DNA from: a virus
Taxonomy: Duplodnaviria; Caudoviricetes
Direction: 5' to 3' (one strand)
DNA length: 64,000 nucleotides
IMG/VR virus record: IMGVR_UViG_3300021957_000025
Span: 1,156 to 65,155 of that record
The notes beneath the pieces are model-generated. The model made no database searches and was not told the origin of the DNA. It was given only the letters and a program-made list of their open reading frames with translations. Of this stretch, positions 10,535 to 19,521 are shown one piece after another. Positions within the stretch are counted from its first letter, which is position 1; every line of letters begins with the position of its first letter. Both the position numbers and the translations under genes were made by a program.

Positions 10535-11051
10535 AAATCTCTTCCTCAATTTTCATAGATGATTCTATGCAATCGTTATCACGAATCTGCAATTGTCCTA
10601 GTAGATTCATGTTTGTTAATATGTTGTTTATCTGACTCCGTCTCCCCTTCAACCACACTTCGGACTGTGTGTCTCCACGTTCTGCGTGACGATTGTGCTC
10701 TTCCGATAACTCTACTGTTAGTACGTAAACGCGTGCTTCGTGATTGTCTATTAACCATTCTATATCCTTACCTCGAAAGTATCTATCACCTTCGATTAAT
10801 ACATGTTTATATGCAATGTTCATTGCTTCAATGAACTCTCTGAACTGTGGTATAGAACCGTGAGAGAGCTTATCAGTTCCACCGAATGTCTCTCCCTCGG
10901 GATATTGACCGACTACTAATATGTCACCATGTTCTTGGCACTTAAATAGTTTCATTGGTTCAACCAATTTAGGTTCGTCCAATCTAGATATAAGTCTTCT
11001 CATAAGAGTCGACTTTCCCGAACATGGAACTCCACCGACCATGAATATCAT
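10515..11051 (-). CDS. P-loop kinase of the type associated with DNA base modification
   Basis: GGVPCSGKST Walker A, VVGQY..GETFGGTDKLS and VLIEGDR; abuts the TET gene. Confidence 0.75.
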   Translation of the reverse strand: MIFMVGGVPCSGKSTLMRRLISRLDEPKLVEPMKLFKCQEHGDILVVGQYPEGETFGGTDKLSHGSIPQFREFIEAMNIAYKHVLIEGDRYFRGKDIEWLIDNHEARVYVLTVELSEEHNRHAERGDTQSEVWLKGRRSQINNILTNMNLLGQLQIRDNDCIESSMKIEEEIYDRIIS

Positions 11052-12053
11052 TTAAAAGAAACCGTCCAGTGAACCTTTCTCTTCATACTTTCCAGCATGA
11101 GGGCCAATAGGATTCTCTGATTTTCCAGCTCTCCCTTTAGTTGCAACATGTTCATCACAATATGCAACACATGATAATCTCACTCCTTCACCAGTGATAG
11201 GTGATACACCGTGCAATTCATTTGAATCTGCAATCAGTACGTCTCCATCATCTGCTTCAATAGCAATACCATATCTAGGGAAACATAAGTATGCACCCCC
11301 AAATTCTCCAATACGGAAGACACACATAGTTGTCATTCCGAACTCTAAATCTTTACCATCCAAATGTGCAGACATCTTTGCAGTCCCACCAGTTGAATAT
11401 TTGTTTGCAGATAACGCTGTCATAGGAGAACCACCAATGTGGTATTTCTCTTCTATACATTCATCTGCAAATGTTCTTTGCATATTCCATATCTCGGGAA
11501 CTGCAGTCTTTAGTGCTTGTTCATTGACGTTAGCAATCTGTGATAGGATTTCAAACTTTTCTTTGTTTGCTTTCTTGTCCATCCATCCACTGCCCTTAAT
11601 CATTCCTGTGAATCTGCCACGTTTATACCCGATTAGAACGGAATGAATCTCATTTGCTTCTGCAATACGATTGAACTCACCGTTCTTCTTAAGTGGATAA
11701 TAACTGTTTGGAGTTCTTAGGACATAGTCTTTACCTTCGATTAATCCTTTTGCTTTCATTTCTTCGTGGTTGATAGGCCCGGCTGCATTTGCTCTCATTG
11801 TAGATGTATCATCAATAGAAAACAATGTGTCTTTAATTAAATGATACTGGTCACCTTTGTATGCTCTCTTTACAATACATGCAAGTAGTGTTTCACCCAT
11901 GAGTGTACCATGAGGCTTATAAATTTTGATGATGTCGTCTTTAACATCTATAGATGATATAACAGTATCGTAAGAATCTTCATTGAGATACTTACCATTC
12001 CATTTGTCGAAGGTTTCTTTAAACCCTAAGTCTGTCTTTGCAGTAAATTCCAT
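11052..12053 (-). CDS. TET/JBP-family 5-methylpyrimidine dioxygenase
   Basis: AHLDGKD (HxD), GGAYLCFPRY, ELHGVSPI (distal His) and RLSCVAY (2OG-binding Arg); overlaps the MTase gene. Confidence 0.8.
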   Translation of the reverse strand: MEFTAKTDLGFKETFDKWNGKYLNEDSYDTVISSIDVKDDIIKIYKPHGTLMGETLLACIVKRAYKGDQYHLIKDTLFSIDDTSTMRANAAGPINHEEMKAKGLIEGKDYVLRTPNSYYPLKKNGEFNRIAEANEIHSVLIGYKRGRFTGMIKGSGWMDKKANKEKFEILSQIANVNEQALKTAVPEIWNMQRTFADECIEEKYHIGGSPMTALSANKYSTGGTAKMSAHLDGKDLEFGMTTMCVFRIGEFGGAYLCFPRYGIAIEADDGDVLIADSNELHGVSPITGEGVRLSCVAYCDEHVATKGRAGKSENPIGPHAGKYEEKGSLDGFF

Positions 12054-13303
12054 GGTTCTAATATTTGTCCTTTGATGTTTTCAACTAAGTAGTACATACA
12101 TAATGGTGCTACCATCAATCCAATTCTTGCACCCTTGTCGTTGTAATCACCAGTCATTTTATAATCATTTGGTAGAGTCATTAATCTCACCATTTCTTTT
12201 GGTGTGTAAATTCTTTTACCACTATGGTGGAAATGATTACCACCCATAAACTTTGGTTGACAACCCTGTTCAGTTAATGAATGAGCTGGTAGATGTTTAG
12301 GAACTATTCTTGACATGTAGTAAGAATGCTTTTCATCTTCGGGTTGTATGTGTCCGTTCTTAATCTGTTCTTGGAACCATGGTTTAACAATGTGGTCTCC
12401 AATAGATGTGTATGCTTGATTGTCTCTTTGTTTAAGAACTTCTGCAACTCCAGTACATGGGCCACAACCTTCAAACTTCTCATCGGGATGCACATCGAAT
12501 CCATTTACCCAGTGTCCTTTTGATGATTCATCCATTGCAGTTTCTAAATATTTTGCATCTGTAATATTTTCTTCATCAGTTTCTAAGTCTGAAATTGCAT
12601 CTTCAATAGATGCAAATTCTTTTACTGGGTCGGGGAAGACTGAAGACATACACATCCAAGGCATTCCAATACCTTCGAGTACATCATCACGTACACCAAC
12701 CATGAATACTCTTTCTCTCTTCTGAGGTACACCATGCTGATGACCCTTCATGATTTTCCAAGTCACTGAGTATCCTAGTGCTTCAAAATCGTTTACCATC
12801 TTGTTTAGATGGTCTCTTGCATAGTCCATTGAAAGACCTTTCACGTTCTCACATACTATAACTTTAGGCATTAACCCTTCGGCAATCCTAATCATTTCCC
12901 ATGTTAGGTCTTCAATGTTCTGTTGTTTCATACCATATGCCATCTTCTCTTGGTTCCATCCTTCTTTCTTGGAACCTGCCATAGAAAATGGTGGACAAGG
13001 TGGTGACCCATCCATGATATCTAATTCGTATTTCTTAAGTCCACTAAGCTCCATGATACCTTCTGCAGTGACTTCTTTGATGTCTCTACATTCGTGTACT
13101 GTGTTAGGGAAGTTTTCTAGGTAGGTGTCAACATGTAACTGTTGGAATTCGTTCATGTAACGAACGTCACCACCTGCTAGTTTGTAACCACATGAAGAAC
13201 CCCCACCGCCTGCAAAGAAAGTAATGTAATTAAACTGTTTACTTTCACTGTTACGGTGAAGGTCTTCTAGGTTGTATTGAAAATATTTATTATCACTCAT
13301 CAT
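12026..13303 (-). CDS. DNA cytosine-5 methyltransferase
   Basis: Motif I FAGGGG, motif IV GSPPC, motif VI ENV, motif VIII PQKRERV. Confidence 0.93.
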   Translation of the reverse strand: MMSDNKYFQYNLEDLHRNSESKQFNYITFFAGGGGSSCGYKLAGGDVRYMNEFQQLHVDTYLENFPNTVHECRDIKEVTAEGIMELSGLKKYELDIMDGSPPCPPFSMAGSKKEGWNQEKMAYGMKQQNIEDLTWEMIRIAEGLMPKVIVCENVKGLSMDYARDHLNKMVNDFEALGYSVTWKIMKGHQHGVPQKRERVFMVGVRDDVLEGIGMPWMCMSSVFPDPVKEFASIEDAISDLETDEENITDAKYLETAMDESSKGHWVNGFDVHPDEKFEGCGPCTGVAEVLKQRDNQAYTSIGDHIVKPWFQEQIKNGHIQPEDEKHSYYMSRIVPKHLPAHSLTEQGCQPKFMGGNHFHHSGKRIYTPKEMVRLMTLPNDYKMTGDYNDKGARIGLMVAPLCMYYLVENIKGQILEPWNLLQRQT

Positions 13304-13345
13304 GACTCCATTATACTATATTTAGCACAATTAGAATAGAGTGTT

Positions 13346-13873
13346 TTAAAGATTTTCTAATAGATTTTCGGGTGTGGAAATCTCATAAGGGTCTGACTCT
13401 GCATTGTCTTGATAGCCATCTTCGATGAATGCTTTTTCAATTACACCATCATTAACAACTACTGCATATCTCCAAGACCTGTATCCAAAACCAAGATTTG
13501 ATTTAGAACATTCTGCACCAATCAAGTGAGTGAACTCACCGTTACCATCGGGAAGAGGGTAAACGTTTTTGATACCTAATGATTCGAACCATGAGTTCAT
13601 TACGAATGTATCATTAACTGATACACAGTAAATCTCATCAATACCTTTCTCTTGGAACTTCTCAAAGTTCTCATCGAAGCCAGGCAACTGTTGAGTTGAA
13701 CATGTTGGTGTAAATGCGCCAGGCAATCCAAATACAATTACTCTTTTACCAGCAAACTGTTCTACAGTGTCTAATGCTACAAATTCACCACCGACTCTCT
13801 GTGGTAGGATTACTTCGGGTACTCTAGTTTCCCCTTCAATAATTTCCAATCCCATTCTTCTTTCATCTGTCAT
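13346..13873 (-). CDS. peroxiredoxin (Prx5-like)
   Basis: LPGAFTPTCS, VSVNDTFVM and RSWRYA motifs. Confidence 0.93.
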   Translation of the reverse strand: MTDERRMGLEIIEGETRVPEVILPQRVGGEFVALDTVEQFAGKRVIVFGLPGAFTPTCSTQQLPGFDENFEKFQEKGIDEIYCVSVNDTFVMNSWFESLGIKNVYPLPDGNGEFTHLIGAECSKSNLGFGYRSWRYAVVVNDGVIEKAFIEDGYQDNAESDPYEISTPENLLENL

Positions 13874-13893
13874 AATCTATACTCCATAATAAT

Positions 13894-13933
13894 AGATACA
13901 CCTATTATACAACATAACAGGTGTATCTGTAAG
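13894..13933 (-). promoter_or_regulatory. long hairpin after hsp20 (possible terminator) overlapping a CTTACA-N18-TATAAT promoter for the peroxiredoxin gene
   Basis: Perfect 10-bp inverted repeat AGATACACCT/AGGTGTATCT flanks the -10 box; extends by G-U pairs on the minus strand. Confidence 0.55.
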
Positions 13934-13941
13934 ATGGTTTT

Positions 13942-14370
13942 TTAAGAAATTTTGATTTCTTGAGGTTTGTCTTCTTCGGGTATTACTCTCTCAAGTGATA
14001 CGCTTAGAATACCATCCTTCATGTCTGCACCTTTAACGACAATATCGTCTGCTAGTGTAAACTTTCTAGTGAAATTTCTAGAAGAAAGTCCTTGATGGAC
14101 GAACTCCCTTGCATTTCCTTGGTCTTTCTGATTACCCATAACGATAAGAACTTCTTTCTCTTTTGAGATTGAAATTTCTTTCTTATTGAATCCAGCAACT
14201 GCAAGTTCAATTTGGAAGTTTTCCTCATCTACTTTTACAATATTGTAAGGTGGATAGTTAGAATTAGATTGTACATCTGCACGTTCTAATAGTTGAAGAG
14301 TTCTGTCGAACCCGATTGCGAATGGAAATTCTGTTGTGAATTTTCCGAAGACATCATTGAAATGTGTCAT
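13942..14370 (-). CDS. hsp20: small heat shock protein Hsp20 (IbpA-like)
   Basis: NYPPYNI, IELAVAGF and DGILSVSLER motifs. Confidence 0.95.
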   Translation of the reverse strand: MTHFNDVFGKFTTEFPFAIGFDRTLQLLERADVQSNSNYPPYNIVKVDEENFQIELAVAGFNKKEISISKEKEVLIVMGNQKDQGNAREFVHQGLSSRNFTRKFTLADDIVVKGADMKDGILSVSLERVIPEEDKPQEIKIS

Positions 14371-14438
14371 AGTTTTTCTCCTTTATTAAGCAAGTTTATA
14401 ATATGTAACCTCTAATGAGCATTACAATGGTATTTATA
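14371..14438 (-). promoter_or_regulatory. TATAAATA late promoter plus ROSE-like RNA thermometer in the hsp20 5' UTR
   Basis: Hairpin UGUAAUGCUC-AUUA-GAGGUUACA, then CUUGCU-uaauaa-AGGAG masking the SD. Confidence 0.65.
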
Positions 14439-14486
14439 ACACCATACTACTATTATATGGGTTTTTTCTGAAATTTCAAGGGGGTT

Positions 14487-15080
14487 TTATCTTTTATTGC
14501 AATATTTTTTTGCATTACTTATTTGTTGAACATTATTTACAACCACTACAGACATAAGAATGTTCATCCAGTCGAATGTATCTGAAGTCAATCTGTCTTC
14601 TCTTCTATCTATTTCTATAGCAGGTAATAGAATTGCAGTCTTAACTGCGAACATTTTACCTACTGAAGGAGACTCTCCTACAAGTGGATTTAGTTCTTTC
14701 ACACAATCGTATTTAAGTCCACGATATGTTGTGTAGATATCTGCAAGTTGTAGGGTATAGAATAAAGTCCAATCAAACGTATTAGGTAATTCAGATGGTG
14801 TAAACTGTAACTGGTTCAGATTTTCCTTTGACTGTGATTCTATCAACTTCAGAGAATGCTCTAGATGGACACTGTCGATATGTTGCTTCGCCCAACAGCA
14901 CGTCCACCCCATCATAATTTCGTGTTTGTCCTTCGAGTCTAGCACCAAGGTTGACGGCATCTCCAATGACGGAATAGTCAAATCTAAGTTCTGACCCCAT
15001 GTTTCCAACGATGCACTCACCAGTGTTAATACCAATGCCAACATTGATAGGGGGAAGACCGAGTGGTTTGAGTTCTTCAT
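14487..15080 (-). CDS. DUF5658-like membrane or secreted protein overlapping the cyclase 3' end; start uncertain
   Basis: LQLADIYTTYRGL...ELNPL motif; no in-frame start between the cyclase stop and this motif. Confidence 0.6.
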   Translation of the reverse strand: MKNSNHSVFPLSMLALVLTLVSASLETWGQNLDLTIPSLEMPSTLVLDSKDKHEIMMGWTCCWAKQHIDSVHLEHSLKLIESQSKENLNQLQFTPSELPNTFDWTLFYTLQLADIYTTYRGLKYDCVKELNPLVGESPSVGKMFAVKTAILLPAIEIDRREDRLTSDTFDWMNILMSVVVVNNVQQISNAKKYCNKR

Positions 15081-16632
15081 TGAGTTCCTTGGTAGCAATT
15101 AGTATTTCTTCTGCAGACTTGACTGCCATCTCGGCATGGTTCGGACAGTCCATTGGAGCATTCCAAAAACTCATTATACAATCGCCCATGTATTTGTCTA
15201 TAGTTCCACCATTATTTAGAATTATCTTAGTCTGTAAGTCCAAGAATCTGTTAATCAATTCTACCAATCCTTCGGGGTCATCATTCTTCATGAACGCTTC
15301 ACTTATTGGGGTGAATCCACATATGTCCATAAACATGAAGGTAAGTTCCTTTCTATCTCCACCAAGTTTCAATTTTGATGGGTCTTTTTGGAGCTCTTCA
15401 ATCATGTCGGGGGATAAATACTTTTGGAACTGCTTCTTAATCTGTTGTTTTTCTTGATATGTAATGTAGTACTTGTTGAAAGAAGCATGTCCGAACACCA
15501 CCAAGGAGGCAATCGATGAGAAGAAGGTATCGAAAAGAACGAGCTCTGAAGTCCAAATATAATAACTCCCGCCAATCTGGCATCCTACAAGCAATAGACT
15601 CCCTACCCCCGAAAGAAGTGTGGGAGCTTTGTAGACCAAACCCAATATCGTTATTAGGACTAACAGAAGAAGAACGGATTCTAAGGATTCAAGATAGTAG
15701 GATTGTTGTATTTGAACTCCTGTCAAAACGGTTTGGAGCAGGTTTGCTTGCACTTCGTGGGGATACATTACTCCCCTTGGGGTTGAAACTGGATTATTCA
15801 AACCCTCAGCTGTCAGACCCCATACAAGAATCTTATTCTCAAAATTAGATTCGGGTAGGTCAACTGCAGATATTCTATGGAATTTATTCCAATAGGAAAC
15901 CATTACGTCTGAAGTTGGAGTTGTTGTAATAGGTTTGTCTCTCCCCATTCTAACCCATTCAACTCCAGCTTCGGGTGTAATCTTAGTTTGATAAGACGGC
16001 TGGTCACGTAAGGCACGTAATGTCTCTAAAACTAGAGATGGATATACCTGTCCGTTTGCAGTAACCATAAGGGGTACAGACCGCGTAGTCCCATCAAAAT
16101 TAGGTGTCCCAGTGACAGCTGGAGTAGCCGTTACAACTCCTATACCGTAAGTGTTTTTAGCAAGTATTGGAATGGGTTGGACTATCCCAGTGAAATTCCA
16201 CAACCAATTCTTTGCATCTCCACCACCAAAAGTAGAGTTACCTACGAATGGTAATGCACCTGTATCTTTTTGAATTGTTGGAGCAGCTCCGAGGATTGTA
16301 AGTCTATTGACTAACCCCTCAGCAAATAGATTGTCTTGTGAAGGGTCTCTATCACTTTCCGAAAAAAGAGTAGAGAACAAATGAGTGTTAGAGTAATGAG
16401 TGTTAAGAAGAATGTCACGGTAAATACCACGGCGAATAGGATACTGTCCAAAAGTCTCAAGACTCTTCTCATCAATATCAACAAGTACGATGTCATCGAC
16501 ATAGAATTCACCCTGTTGTTGGTGAAGGTAATCAAACCACGACCATGAGATGTTTTCAACAAAATAAGGATTCCATATCTTTAGAGCAAAGATTGCTACG
16601 ATTGTTATTAATACTGATTTCCACGAAAACAT
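14791..16632 (-). CDS. CHASE2-domain class III adenylate cyclase
   Basis: N-terminal TM helix; CHASE2 (IVLVDIDEKSL...TPRGVMYPHEVQAN); TM helices; cyclase motifs FMDICGFT, DKYMGDCIM and FDYSVIGDAVNLGARLE. Confidence 0.93.
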   Translation of the reverse strand: MFSWKSVLITIVAIFALKIWNPYFVENISWSWFDYLHQQQGEFYVDDIVLVDIDEKSLETFGQYPIRRGIYRDILLNTHYSNTHLFSTLFSESDRDPSQDNLFAEGLVNRLTILGAAPTIQKDTGALPFVGNSTFGGGDAKNWLWNFTGIVQPIPILAKNTYGIGVVTATPAVTGTPNFDGTTRSVPLMVTANGQVYPSLVLETLRALRDQPSYQTKITPEAGVEWVRMGRDKPITTTPTSDVMVSYWNKFHRISAVDLPESNFENKILVWGLTAEGLNNPVSTPRGVMYPHEVQANLLQTVLTGVQIQQSYYLESLESVLLLLVLITILGLVYKAPTLLSGVGSLLLVGCQIGGSYYIWTSELVLFDTFFSSIASLVVFGHASFNKYYITYQEKQQIKKQFQKYLSPDMIEELQKDPSKLKLGGDRKELTFMFMDICGFTPISEAFMKNDDPEGLVELINRFLDLQTKIILNNGGTIDKYMGDCIMSFWNAPMDCPNHAEMAVKSAEEILIATKELNEELKPLGLPPINVGIGINTGECIVGNMGSELRFDYSVIGDAVNLGARLEGQTRNYDGVDVLLGEATYRQCPSRAFSEVDRITVKGKSEPVTVYTI

Positions 16633-16633
16633 T

Positions 16634-16903
16634 TTATGAGAATTTCTTCTGTACCCATTTAAAGACTGTATAAATGGATAGACCATAGAATGCAAGTACA
16701 GACATGGGCAATGCTATGTACGCAAGTTCCCATGGTGATAAAAACAGAACTTCCCAACCAAAATTTATAGCTGCCTCAACGTCACCCAAAGGTTCAAGTG
16801 TTGCTGGCAATGCAATTTCATTCTCTTCAAAGAGGTCTAGTATCTCATTAAACTGTTCTTCAGTATAACACTCGTAAAACTCGGGTGGGCATTCTGCGTT
16901 CAT
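16634..16903 (-). CDS. small membrane protein
   Basis: Start MNAEC overlaps the curlin stop; C-terminal hydrophobic helix. Confidence 0.65.
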   Translation of the reverse strand: MNAECPPEFYECYTEEQFNEILDLFEENEIALPATLEPLGDVEAAINFGWEVLFLSPWELAYIALPMSVLAFYGLSIYTVFKWVQKKFS

Positions 16904-17538
16904 TCCTGTGTTACCGATAATGTACAACCATTAGAAGTCTGACAGTTTTGTGTTAGATTATAAATTTGATTTGTGGAACTATCTTGCAATAGGTTTAAAG
17001 TTGTTGCATAGTTTCCTTGAAGTGTTATTGTTGAAGTGTGACTTCCACTACCTTTCTGTGTAACATTAGTGACGGAGTTATCGCTGTTTCCATAATAGTA
17101 TGTGGTTGAAGTGTGACTTCCACTACCCGATTGAGATAAGTCGTGGTCTACACCATCGACATGAACGTCTATGTTGTGTAGGTGTGTTCCATTTTGATAC
17201 ACATCCACCTCATTATTATTACCCCATATGTGTCTACCATATGTTGCACCACCAATCTGTTCTACGTTTTCAGTATTATTGGTTCCATCTACATCACCAC
17301 CCCAAGCCTTTCCCGACCCCCAATAAGAGACCCAAGAAATGGAATTACCATTACCTGTTTGTGTAAAGTTGAATGTGTTGCCACCGTGAGCAAAAGAGAA
17401 ATCAACTTTGTTGTTGTAACCTGTTTGAATTATAGAGAGGTCTACATCACCACTCTCAACTTGTTCAACATGGACATGATTTTCGTCTGCCCATGTCGAC
17501 AAGCTTATCAATAAAGTTAATAATAAACTTTTCTTCAT
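16900..17538 (-). CDS. curlin-repeat secreted protein (CsgB-like)
   Basis: Signal peptide; QTGYNN, QTGNGN and QKGSGS repeats; C-terminal CQTSNGC. Confidence 0.75.
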   Translation of the reverse strand: MKKSLLLTLLISLSTWADENHVHVEQVESGDVDLSIIQTGYNNKVDFSFAHGGNTFNFTQTGNGNSISWVSYWGSGKAWGGDVDGTNNTENVEQIGGATYGRHIWGNNNEVDVYQNGTHLHNIDVHVDGVDHDLSQSGSGSHTSTTYYYGNSDNSVTNVTQKGSGSHTSTITLQGNYATTLNLLQDSSTNQIYNLTQNCQTSNGCTLSVTQE

Positions 17539-17550
17539 ATCATATTCTTC

Positions 17551-17697
17551 TTAGAATAACCATAAAAATACTAAACATAAGACAACTCCCTCACCGAATG
17601 CTAACCACAACATGTGGTAATCATCCAATCTCATAGCTTTCTGAAACCCAAATAATTGTGCTTCATGCCATGCACGGAACTTTTCTATAATATTCAT
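17551..17697 (-). CDS. small membrane protein (48 aa)
   Basis: Hand-translated MNIIEKFRAWHEAQLFG...VLCLVFLWLF; GGAG SD. Confidence 0.65.
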   Translation of the reverse strand: MNIIEKFRAWHEAQLFGFQKAMRLDDYHMLWLAFGEGVVLCLVFLWLF

Positions 17698-17705
17698 ATA
17701 TTCTC

Positions 17706-18833
17706 CTAGTTTGTTTGTGTGATAGTAATATTTATAGACGAACCATCACCCACTTGTATTAGTGACTCCTTTTCGTCTGTTATGGTTCTAATGGATGCTT
17801 GTGCAAACATTGGTAATCTAATGGAAATAACTCCATTAACTTCCCTGTAGAACCATATCTGGCCCAGACCCTTGTCTACAATTGTATTGTATTGAGTGTC
17901 TTTGTCAAACCCCGAACCTGTTCCTTGAATACGAACACTTCCGAATGCTTGTCGTTCTCTATCGATACCAACCTTACGGTCAATCTCTAAGACAACGTCC
18001 AGTAAATCTTGTAAGAAATCGACATCTAATAAATCTCTATCGAGTTCTGTATATTCTAATTCATCATCTTCGAAATAGTCTTCTTCTAAATCATTGAACT
18101 CTAGGAAGTCTACGTCTAGAATATTACTACTATCATTCTCTGAACCACTTTCTTCTGATATCTGTTCTGTCACCTCTTCGGGTGGAGATACAATGAAGTA
18201 GTTATCAATTAGATTGGGTGTAATCCCATTCACTACAACTGGTTTTGTAGGTGAATCATCATAAGTTGAAACCATTGTTGTCTGATATGCTTCATTCATG
18301 GTCACCGAACCACCAGCATTACTTACTACAATTTCTCCCGAGGGAGCACCCCATTTATCGGGGAGCAGAATTATCAATGACCTTCCGATTTCATCAATAC
18401 TAGTTGTGAAATCTGTGCCTCTGACTGTTATCTGTGCAGTAGGTGTAGTTATATTTATGTTCGCTTTGTTTATTTTACCACCAAAACCCGAAGCAAATCG
18501 AGCGGTGCCTTGTGCCATTCTTATGGCCATCTTTGACTTGGATGGGTCGGGGTCATAGTAAACCTCGTCTATCCAAACTTTGGAGTGTTCTGTTAAGTCT
18601 AGTTCCTCGTCTCCTTGGAACTGAATTTTCATTCTTCCATTCTGAGTTTGTGCTGTATCATACATTAGCACTTCAGGCATCTCAGATGCTGAGATGACGG
18701 TAGTCTCACCGTCTCTCTGCAACCCAGCGTATCCTGTTTGTTCTGTAATCTCACCTATTGGTTCACCATGAAGTGAACCAATAAGTAAAAGATTAATCGT
18801 TATCGTCTTTTTGAACGATGTCAATATTTGCAT
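17706..18833 (-). CDS. FecR-domain exported protein
   Basis: DTAQTQNGRMKIQF...LTEHSKVWIDE, QGTARFASG and TPTAQITVRGTDF motifs; acidic linker. Confidence 0.85.
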   Translation of the reverse strand: MQILTSFKKTITINLLLIGSLHGEPIGEITEQTGYAGLQRDGETTVISASEMPEVLMYDTAQTQNGRMKIQFQGDEELDLTEHSKVWIDEVYYDPDPSKSKMAIRMAQGTARFASGFGGKINKANINITTPTAQITVRGTDFTTSIDEIGRSLIILLPDKWGAPSGEIVVSNAGGSVTMNEAYQTTMVSTYDDSPTKPVVVNGITPNLIDNYFIVSPPEEVTEQISEESGSENDSSNILDVDFLEFNDLEEDYFEDDELEYTELDRDLLDVDFLQDLLDVVLEIDRKVGIDRERQAFGSVRIQGTGSGFDKDTQYNTIVDKGLGQIWFYREVNGVISIRLPMFAQASIRTITDEKESLIQVGDGSSINITITQTN

Positions 18834-19521
18834 TAGAAGTCACGAAAGTCACATCGATAATACCACTACAAGATTGTCCAGTTGGGCATCCTGTATCTGA
18901 ACCACTCTTCTGAATGATGTCGATATCATTACTTGAACCAGTTAAGATTGCAGTAATGCTGTTATCAGTTGCATCTGATTGATTAGTGTTAATGTCATTA
19001 GATGAACCTGTAACAGTCCAGTTCCAAACAGCATTGTCACTATCTATCTTAGTAGTGAATATGTTTGATGAACCAGCAACTACTAAATCCCAGTTAAGGT
19101 ATTCAGCACTAGCATCTGCACCAATATCAATATCAAATGTATTAGACGAACCTGTAACAGTACCTAACATATTTAACTCGTCAGCACTATTTTGACCAAT
19201 GTTCCAGTCCATAACATTTGAATCACCAGTGAAGGTGAGGTTTATAGTTGCTGAGTCAGCAATCATAGGCCCGAATAGTTTGTTACTGTCTCCAAATTGG
19301 ACAAGTGTAAACGTATTAGATGCACCAGTTAAAACCATATCAGCAGATGTTCCCGAGAAATCATCTAGACCAACTTTGTTTCCATATCCTTTCTGTGTAA
19401 AATCTAGTACTAAACCAGTACCACTTTGATTCAACCATATTTCATTGTCGTCTGCTCCAGCAAATGCTGTAGTAGAAAACCCTAATGTTAAACATAATGT
19501 AATGAATAATTTATTCTTCAT
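18793..19521 (-). CDS. curlin-like beta-solenoid secreted protein (CsgA/B-like)
   Basis: Signal peptide ending AFA; repeated QxGxxN and (T/A)GSSN units; C-terminal CPTGQSC. Confidence 0.7.
   Translation of the reverse strand: MKNKLFITLCLTLGFSTTAFAGADDNEIWLNQSGTGLVLDFTQKGYGNKVGLDDFSGTSADMVLTGASNTFTLVQFGDSNKLFGPMIADSATINLTFTGDSNVMDWNIGQNSADELNMLGTVTGSSNTFDIDIGADASAEYLNWDLVVAGSSNIFTTKIDSDNAVWNWTVTGSSNDINTNQSDATDNSITAILTGSSNDIDIIQKSGSDTGCPTGQSCSGIIDVTFVTSNANIDIVQKDDND

Noticed and set aside
14452-14482. sigma32 heat-shock promoter for hsp20 (CCCTTGAAA...CCCATAT)
   Set aside because: The boxes resemble the consensus but the spacer is about 2 nt short. A sigma70 reading fits as well, so it was not called.
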